From an uncultured Candidatus Saccharibacteria bacterium (GTDB lineage: Bacteria > Patescibacteriota > Saccharimonadia > Saccharimonadales > Saccharimonadaceae), in contig CAURFZ010000001.1 in assembly GCA_963524295.1 (NCBI GenBank), positions 361,509 to 425,508 of the forward strand: a stretch of 64,000 nt of DNA, given 5' to 3'. The translations under genes and the position numbers were made by a program. Each line of letters opens with the position of its first letter. Position 1 is the first letter of the stretch. Positions 57,514 to 64,000 of the stretch are shown here, in pieces. Under the pieces are notes generated by a model, which saw only the letters and a program-made list of their open reading frames with translations, ran no database searches and was not told where the DNA came from.

Positions 57514-58107
57514 CTACGAGTGGTGGTATTTGTCGTTGTTGCTGGAGCTGTATTTGGTAGCAATCCACCGCACCATATGGTATACCGCAAACCCCACTAC
57601 GAGCAGCAGCGATAGATACACGAGTACGAATTTTGCCATAGTCGTTACTGTTGTACTAGCCACCAGTGCTGGGTTCGCAAGTGCCGGAAATTGGCTCAGC
57701 ATAAGAGCAAAAGCTATATTCTCCCACCAGTCGCAGACAGCAGCCACTACGGGAAGTAAGATTGCCCACTGGGCCCAGCCCAGCTTCCACCGCTGCAACG
57801 GGAGGCGCCGAACAAAAAACGCCAATGTGCAAGCATAAAACACCGCATAGATAACTGCATAACAGGCGTCGATCGGCAAAAAGATATGGAGATACGCGCT
57901 TCTACCAGCCTCACCCAGAGCAGTTAATGTATGATTGATGTGGGCGGCACTATTGCCAAAGTTAAGGTCGAGAATTGCCGCACCACCAGACACCAGAGAC
58001 ACGTAACTAGCTGCCTGCCGCATCGCAGCCATGCCAAGGAGAAAAATTACCAGCAGTCCCCCAATATGGCGAAGCTTTACCGCTTGAATACGACGAGTTA
58101 TATGCAT
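57514..58107 (-). CDS. Hypothetical polytopic membrane protein (197 aa)
   Basis: Five to six TM segments. No motif recognised. Confidence 0.55.
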   Translation of the reverse strand: MHITRRIQAVKLRHIGGLLVIFLLGMAAMRQAASYVSLVSGGAAILDLNFGNSAAHINHTLTALGEAGRSAYLHIFLPIDACYAVIYAVFYACTLAFFVRRLPLQRWKLGWAQWAILLPVVAAVCDWWENIAFALMLSQFPALANPALVASTTVTTMAKFVLVYLSLLLVVGFAVYHMVRWIATKYSSSNNDKYHHS

Positions 58108-58168
58108 GATTTTATTATACCTCTATAGTAGTTTAGCGGAATCGACCCTCCTGGATGAGACAGTCCGC

Positions 58169-59143
58169 TTATGCTCGCTCTGTGACAGATGCAAAAGCAG
58201 TGCTTATATAGCAAGCCACAAATACTACCAGCCACGCCACAAGCGAGACAACGCCTACTGCTGAGCTAGCCAACAGCGAGCTCCCACCAACGACTAGAAG
58301 TAGCATAACTTGCGAGAAGCCATTAAACGTCCCGTGCAGCACGGCAGCAAGCCACACACTTCGGGTCCGCTCAACAACAAAACCAAGCACGAGCGACATC
58401 ACCACACAAAATCCAATGAACAACACCGACCCCGGAAGCGCGTTCGCTGTGCCGTAGTTATACCCTAGAGCAATCAGTGGAATATGCCACAGCCCCCACA
58501 GCACGCCAATCGTCACGTATTTCTTGCAAAATGGCCGTCCCGCAAATGCCTGCGCGAGGTAACCACGCCACAGTATCTCCTCTGTCATCGCAAAGATCGC
58601 ATTTACCGTTAGCCCAGCCGTCAATGCACCAAAGATACCAAGCGGCAACATAGCAAGCGGTGTTGGTGGCATATTCATCGCGCTGGTATCAACCGATGTG
58701 CCGATGAGCTTCTCAAGGTTGTGCACCAAGTGTCCATTAGTCATTGCCAGGTGCCCAAAAGTCTCTGGCCACAGCCAGCCAAGAATAGCAACGGAGCCTA
58801 TCATCAATACTGCCCAGGCCAAGAATAGCCCAGCGACCAATACATACTTATTCACGGTGATGTGCTTTAATGATAACAACGCACGGAATGGTATTGGTAT
58901 GCTAAGCATTAATCGACTCAGTAAGAGCGTATACAGTGGTACCGGCATATACAAAACCGCGATGTACGCCAAGCGCAATGCTAGCGCTACTGGCGGCGCG
59001 CTACTGCTTGTCGCAGCTATAACCGCCCAGTAGCCACCTCCGGCGAGTGCCGTCACGAGAAAGAGGGTGATGAGTACTTTGTTGCGATGCTCTTTTTTAA
59101 TGAGAGGGAGTGAATTGGATGTTTTTTCTGTCGTGTTACTCAT
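58169..59143 (-). CDS. CPBP-family intramembrane glutamic endopeptidase (CAAX protease-like)
   Basis: MTEEILWRGYL (EExxxR), WGLWHIP, AVLHGTFNG. TGGTATAAT promoter upstream. Confidence 0.85.
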   Translation of the reverse strand: MSNTTEKTSNSLPLIKKEHRNKVLITLFLVTALAGGGYWAVIAATSSSAPPVALALRLAYIAVLYMPVPLYTLLLSRLMLSIPIPFRALLSLKHITVNKYVLVAGLFLAWAVLMIGSVAILGWLWPETFGHLAMTNGHLVHNLEKLIGTSVDTSAMNMPPTPLAMLPLGIFGALTAGLTVNAIFAMTEEILWRGYLAQAFAGRPFCKKYVTIGVLWGLWHIPLIALGYNYGTANALPGSVLFIGFCVVMSLVLGFVVERTRSVWLAAVLHGTFNGFSQVMLLLVVGGSSLLASSAVGVVSLVAWLVVFVACYISTAFASVTERA

Positions 59144-59715
59144 CTGTATACACCTAGCCTTTTGTGATTTTGTTCGTATGAGGTGATTATACCACTCTGA
59201 AGCTTTTTTCGCTATTTACTTATATAGATAATTGTCCACCATAACTAGATTGGCTCATTTGCTTTATTCTTCTATCGTCGCTACAATAGAGCTATTAAGA
59301 CGAAAAGGTTCCGAACGGTTAATTGCCTAAGGACCCTTTTTCTATTTAGTGCCGGACAGCTAACTTACTGCCTCAAGCTATACAACGGCCATCTCCTCCC
59401 CCATCGCCTGGATTTGCCACTGGCGCTCGCGGGCGGCGGCTCGGTCGCCGGGGTGAAGGAGGTTGATAACCTTGATGGCGTAGTCGCTAGCTACTACGGT
59501 GTGCTCTGGCATGTGACCAGTGCCGATACGGTTCACTTACTGTAGTATATCTATCCAACACTCAATACTCTCTTGGCCACTCATTACTTTACTGATCTCA
59601 GCGGCTTTATACAAGAAGTTTTGGTGATCATTATACCAAAAACCTCGACGGGAGACGGATTCAAGTCGAGGCACTATAAAGTTATATTGGTAAAGAAATA
59701 CATCTCAACCAAGGT

Positions 59716-60195
59716 TTATTGTGCAACTTTACTATACAGTTGTTGCCACTGCCTATGCGCCGCATATGCCCGATCGGTCGCGTCGTAGCCAGTGCCTTGC
59801 AGATTATCAGGGTTGATGAACATCACATCATCACCCTCCTCTCCTGGCGCAAAGTCGAAATTTTCGGGCCAAACGCGGCAATAAAAACAGATTTGATACG
59901 CATCAAGCCGCTCAATATATATCTGATCCGATGCGTCAAAAATTTGATAGCGCACATCGCCCTGGTAGCCGACCTCTTCATGCAACTCGCGCTTTAGTGA
60001 TGACTCAATCGTCTCATCATAATCCATTCCGCCACCAGGCAAATCCCAAAACGGCCGATCAATTTCTTTGACAACCAAGATCTGCCCAGCGTCGTTATAT
60101 ATTAATGCTTTGAGGGAGATGCGGTAGAGATAATCGTGGCGAACTATTCCGTCTGCATTTTGCGTAGTGAGGTGTCCGTTGGTATTTTTTGGCAT
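59716..60195 (-). CDS. NUDIX hydrolase
   Basis: Nudix box GGGMDYDETIESSLKRELHEEVGY. TGCTATAAT ends 7 nt before the ATG. Confidence 0.88.
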   Translation of the reverse strand: MPKNTNGHLTTQNADGIVRHDYLYRISLKALIYNDAGQILVVKEIDRPFWDLPGGGMDYDETIESSLKRELHEEVGYQGDVRYQIFDASDQIYIERLDAYQICFYCRVWPENFDFAPGEEGDDVMFINPDNLQGTGYDATDRAYAAHRQWQQLYSKVAQ

Positions 60196-60347
60196 GAGAG
60201 TAATTATAGCATCCTTATTTCTTTCTCGCTATTTGCTTATATTCCTCTTTTTGTTGCACTGAAACCATTACGACGAAAAGTACCGAACGGTTAGTCATTT
60301 AGCTTGTGTTGCATCTACCAAGTACGTTGATGACTCATTGCCACCAG

Positions 60348-61589
60348 TTACACCCGAGGTGATTCAGACAAACACCGCGTGGCATGGCGAAAACCGATCT
60401 GCTCATCACCCTTATGGATATCCTGGAGAGATAATACAACATAACCACTGTCATCCCATGCAATATACGGAGCATACAGAGACTGCTCTGGTGCCTTACA
60501 ATATGCTCCGTAGGTTTGATCATTGTCCGACGACTGCGACTCTCCTTCGATGATCTTACTCAACTCAGCAGTTAGAGCTTCTGCAATAGTTTGGCTGTCA
60601 TGACCATACCGCTTATAGAGATTCGGGTCTTTGTCGAGCGGAGACTGATCCTGCTCTTCTGCAGTTACTGCATGCGTATGATCGGAGTGCTGTTTCTGCT
60701 CAGACTTACGAAGAGAAGGAACTGGAATCCCTCCAACCGAAAAGAGGCCAGGAATAGACATTGTCAGCTTTACATCACTCCCTTTGGATGACTGCTGACC
60801 GCTCTGGTCTATGAGTGCAGTCGCCACCTGTGATAGCGCCTGTTCGACCGACAGCTCAGGCTCTTTTATATCGACCCAATCTAGCTTGTGGATTTTTTGG
60901 TAGCTCATCCCTCGAAACCGAGGCTCTTGCCTACCAGCAATAACACTTGCCGTACAGGGGATGCCATCAGGGCTATAAAAAACCGCTGTACCCTTTGGAA
61001 CTGTGTTAAATTTTGGCCACGCATCATGCGACAAACTCCAACGAGCATGCAAGCCATATATTGTTCGCTCTATATCGCGTGTTGTATCAATTTGCTGCCG
61101 CAACGGGTTATTCTCGATGCTATCATCTTCTGTCGCTCGCCGAAAGGCTTTCGCCCACAGCTTGTAATCGAAATTATATGGCGCTACAACAACACGTGGG
61201 TCATACTCACGTTCTTTGAGTTTTTCATACCGATGAGCCAGGCGCAAAAGCCCTCTTGTGGCACTCGTGCCAAGCGGCATGCAGCTTTTTAGCCCCATCT
61301 CGTGATACGGTTGGCCCGTTGCATAGCTAATGATGCGAGACGTCGATCGCAGCGCCTGAAAGAAAGACTCGCCAAATTCACGATATTCTTCCTTGTCGAA
61401 GATCTCACTCTTCGCTTCCTCAACGAACGAGATCTCACCGCGCCGATCTAGAGACAGCAGCCTCTCTTGGGACTGCTTTGGCACCTTAATAGACACACCC
61501 CTTTTTGGAATGATAAATTCCGTCTCTTCACGTGTTACTGAGTGTGCGTGTGACTCCCAGCCCCTCGGGATAGATTCCTTCCTATTCAT
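60348..61589 (-). CDS. Hypothetical protein (413 aa), lower GC than core genes
   Basis: GAAGGAG RBS. Long ORF with no recognisable motif. Confidence 0.65.
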   Translation of the reverse strand: MNRKESIPRGWESHAHSVTREETEFIIPKRGVSIKVPKQSQERLLSLDRRGEISFVEEAKSEIFDKEEYREFGESFFQALRSTSRIISYATGQPYHEMGLKSCMPLGTSATRGLLRLAHRYEKLKEREYDPRVVVAPYNFDYKLWAKAFRRATEDDSIENNPLRQQIDTTRDIERTIYGLHARWSLSHDAWPKFNTVPKGTAVFYSPDGIPCTASVIAGRQEPRFRGMSYQKIHKLDWVDIKEPELSVEQALSQVATALIDQSGQQSSKGSDVKLTMSIPGLFSVGGIPVPSLRKSEQKQHSDHTHAVTAEEQDQSPLDKDPNLYKRYGHDSQTIAEALTAELSKIIEGESQSSDNDQTYGAYCKAPEQSLYAPYIAWDDSGYVVLSLQDIHKGDEQIGFRHATRCLSESPRV

Positions 61590-61868
61590 CGGTCGCTCCT
61601 TCTATTTATAATTCAATTACCGTTTTTGCATAGTATATTGCAATTATAGTGTTTCGGCAAGGGTGCCCATATCCGAATCTCGAAACTGTGGAGTGCCTAT
61701 TATGCATCAGTACTCTGAAGGGGATATGGTAGAGAGTAATCAGCACCTCGATCATCATTCAAGATCGTAATGATTTCACTATTTCGTATCATCCTCATCA
61801 TATTTTTATGGTCTTCTTGAAACTTTTCTCGCTACACTCGTTATCACTCTATCGCCATAAACCCCCTC

Positions 61869-62513
61869 TTATTCTTCGTTAATATATTCAACGACAATAT
61901 TACCAAATGGTGTTCTGTGCACAAAAGGTCCACCAAATCTATTATGTGAGACCTTAATGATGCTCGACGCAGATAGCTCATTAGCATAGAGTTCTATATT
62001 AGTCCTCAGATCATCATACTTCGTACCCTCTAATAAAGAGGAGAGTTTTTGATAGTTTACTAATCTCGTTCCAGCATCTTGCGGGTCACATTCACATTCA
62101 GAAAAATCTTTAGAATATATGTACGTTGCCAACCTTAAACTCTCAATACTTGCATTTTGTAGAATATTCTCAATTTTAGAGAAGTTTACAAAATGGTTAG
62201 TGCTATCGTATGTCTCTTTTTTCAACATATTTCTTAAATATTTTCGACGTTGTTCTGAAGATTCGAAGTTATGCTTTATCCAGATATCATAAACAAACGA
62301 GGCAAAGTCATCTGATTCTTCTATTTTGCTCACCACCTTATGAACATACTCATCAGAATTAAATAACTCACTACTCCTCTTTTGGGATAATGTACCAAAC
62401 ATCTCGACGGCAACACCCAAAGAAGCAGCGATAGTGGCTGCTACTGGACCCCCAGAAAATGCAGCTACACTCGATGCTACAGCCTTAACTAATTCCTTTT
62501 TCGTCTCATTCAT
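61869..62513 (-). CDS. Hypothetical protein (214 aa), ~36% GC, start overlaps the glyQS stop (ATGA)
   Basis: N-terminal small-residue hydrophobic helix AVASSVAAFSGGPVAATIAASLGVAVEMFG followed by a charged helical domain. The composition break falls exactly at the junction. Confidence 0.65.
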   Translation of the reverse strand: MNETKKELVKAVASSVAAFSGGPVAATIAASLGVAVEMFGTLSQKRSSELFNSDEYVHKVVSKIEESDDFASFVYDIWIKHNFESSEQRRKYLRNMLKKETYDSTNHFVNFSKIENILQNASIESLRLATYIYSKDFSECECDPQDAGTRLVNYQKLSSLLEGTKYDDLRTNIELYANELSASSIIKVSHNRFGGPFVHRTPFGNIVVEYINEE

Positions 62514-63946
62514 ATCTCTGTTGCAGCCACCCGCCGCTGTTCCGTCGTATCTCGCTCGCGGACGGTGACGGTGCCGTCCTCCAGCGTCTGGAAGTCGATC
62601 ACCACACAGTGCGGCGTGCCGATTTCGTCTTGGCGGCGGTAGCGTTTGCCGATGTTGCCGTTGTCGTCCCACATCACTCGGCCGGGGTTGGCTTTGGCGA
62701 GGCTCGCGTAGACTTCGCGGGCTTTTTCTACCAATTCTGGCTTGTTCTTCAGTAGTGGTGAAACGGCAAATTTGACCGGTGCTAAGTGCTCTGGCAATGC
62801 CAAATACACCCGCTTTTCACCATTTTGCTCGTCCTCGCGGTAGCTACTGGCCAGCACCGCCATCAGCGCCCGCTCCACGCCAAACGACGGCTCGATGACG
62901 TGCGGAACAAATTTTGTGTTCGTCCCCTTGACAGTGTACTCCATACTCTTGCCACTGGCACGCTGGATGTTCATCAAGTCAAAATCAGTCCGGTAGGCGA
63001 TGCCCATCAACTCCTCACGACCAATCGGATAGTCGTATTCGATGTCGATCGTCTTTTTGCTGTAGTGCGCCCGATCCTCCGCCGGCACGTCCAGCTCGTG
63101 GATGTGCTCTGGTTTCAAACCCAATTCTGCCAAGAACGCATGCGTGCTGGCGAGTAGCTCATCAAACGCCTCCTGCCAATGCTCAGGATCGACGAAATAT
63201 TCAATCTCCATCTGCTCGAATTCCCGAGAGCGAAAGACGAAATCACGCGGCGCAATCTCATTACGAAACGCCTTGCCCTGCTGAGCGATACCAAATGGCA
63301 AGTTCGGGTAGAAACTATCGACGACATTTTTGAAATTAGTGAAGATGCCTTGGGCGGTTTCCGGGCGGAGATAAGAAATCGACTGTGGATCATAGGTAAT
63401 CGCCTTCGCACCATTAAGACCGCTCTTGTCGTCAGCACCCTCCATTGGCTCACCAATAGTCAACTCATTTTGCCCGCTAGCGCCAACAAACGTCTTGAAC
63501 ATCATATTAAACGTTCGCGATTTACTCAGCGGATTACCATCAGGGCTTTTGATGCCGCGCTCCGCAATCACCGCATCCATCTGCTCCATGGTCATACCGT
63601 CTGCGTCAACGCCATTGTCTTTAAGAATATGATCGGTGCGGTAGCGTCGGTGATTGACCGTGTCTTCGCACAGCGGATCGACGAAGGTATCGACATGCCC
63701 ACTCGCCTGCCACACCTTCTGATTCATCAAAATCGCCGCATCGACGCCGTACATGTCGTCGCGCTCATCAACAAACCGGCGCCACCACAGCTGCATAATA
63801 TTGCGCTTGAGCGCCACACCCAGCGGGCCATAATCCCACGTACCACTCAGGCCGCCATACACGTCCGACCCCTGATATATAAAGCCGCGGCGCTTGCACA
63901 GGCTAATAATTGCTTCCATTGTTACATTACTCGTTGTGCTACTCAC
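62510..63946 (-). CDS. glyQS: Glycyl-tRNA synthetase (alpha2, class II)
   Basis: EAIISLCKRRGFIYQGSDVYGGLSGTWDYGPLG, FRNEIAPR, GIGRxxxxV-like and anticodon-binding C-terminus. The start is GTG 63946 (after GGAGAAAGGA) or ATG 63919. Confidence 0.93.
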   Translation of the reverse strand: MSSTTSNVTMEAIISLCKRRGFIYQGSDVYGGLSGTWDYGPLGVALKRNIMQLWWRRFVDERDDMYGVDAAILMNQKVWQASGHVDTFVDPLCEDTVNHRRYRTDHILKDNGVDADGMTMEQMDAVIAERGIKSPDGNPLSKSRTFNMMFKTFVGASGQNELTIGEPMEGADDKSGLNGAKAITYDPQSISYLRPETAQGIFTNFKNVVDSFYPNLPFGIAQQGKAFRNEIAPRDFVFRSREFEQMEIEYFVDPEHWQEAFDELLASTHAFLAELGLKPEHIHELDVPAEDRAHYSKKTIDIEYDYPIGREELMGIAYRTDFDLMNIQRASGKSMEYTVKGTNTKFVPHVIEPSFGVERALMAVLASSYREDEQNGEKRVYLALPEHLAPVKFAVSPLLKNKPELVEKAREVYASLAKANPGRVMWDDNGNIGKRYRRQDEIGTPHCVVIDFQTLEDGTVTVRERDTTEQRRVAATEI

Positions 63947-64000
63947 ACGCGTCCTTTCTCCGCGTTGGCAACGCGGCAGCTTCATGATTGGTTCTTTGGT

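Noticed and set aside
62514-62672. N-terminal 53-aa extension of the 61869 ORF (MGRQRQHRQ...)
   Set aside because: It lies inside the glyQS coding region in another frame and is Arg-rich nonsense. The ATG at 62513 coincides with the composition break and the ATGA stop-start overlap.

Overview
64-kb bacterial chromosomal window of mixed composition: roughly 52-58% GC in core genes, with several AT-rich intergenic stretches and low-GC inserts. About 57 protein genes are supportable. No complete rRNA or tRNA gene and no CRISPR array were found.

Layout:
- 1-19 kb, mostly plus strand: a histidine kinase and a receiver-only response regulator, a pseudouridine synthase, der, pth, dprA, topA and a sigma-70-region-4 HTH protein. 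On the minus strand are a COG0523 GTPase, a TerC/DUF475 membrane protein and a membrane-anchored trypsin-like protease.
- 19.1-20.9 kb: a gene-poor, AT-rich stretch.
- 20.9-29.7 kb: a compact minus-strand dcw cluster, mraZ-(626-bp hairpin-rich spacer)-rsmH-ftsL-ftsI-mraY-ftsW-murG-ftsQ. It contains no Mur ligases and no ftsA/ftsZ. Upstream of mraZ lie a phased GTGGG array and consensus DnaA boxes.
- 30.5-35 kb, minus strand: a sugar block (galU-like, HAD, YvcK/CofD-like, GH1).
- 35.3-41.5 kb: a five-gene island of unknown function. It holds a PIF1-like helicase and an AAA_5/MoxR-type ATPase whose well-signalled start is thrown out of frame by an (AG)8 tract. This is the best candidate for an undescribed conflict system.
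- 41.6-42.8 kb: metK behind a clear SAM-I riboswitch, followed by rnhA.
- 44-62 kb, accessory-looking region: VOC/glyoxalase, GATase1, an orphan SMI1/KNR4 protein, two Nudix genes, hpt, two tandem bulb-lectin secreted paralogs, two convergent LAxTG-anchored Asp-box beta-propeller surface proteins (one fused to GH16), a CPBP protease, and a low-GC two-gene insert coupled to glyQS.

Genome-style features seen repeatedly: TGnTATAAT boxes 6-9 nt upstream of ATG (leaderless-type starts), a recurrent 10-mer AACAGAGGTA, and Pro/Ala/Thr-rich tails on otherwise ordinary proteins.

The lineage guess is inference only: a monoderm, reduced-genome bacterium such as Candidatus Saccharibacteria. All function calls come from motifs read in the translated ORFs. 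No database search was run.
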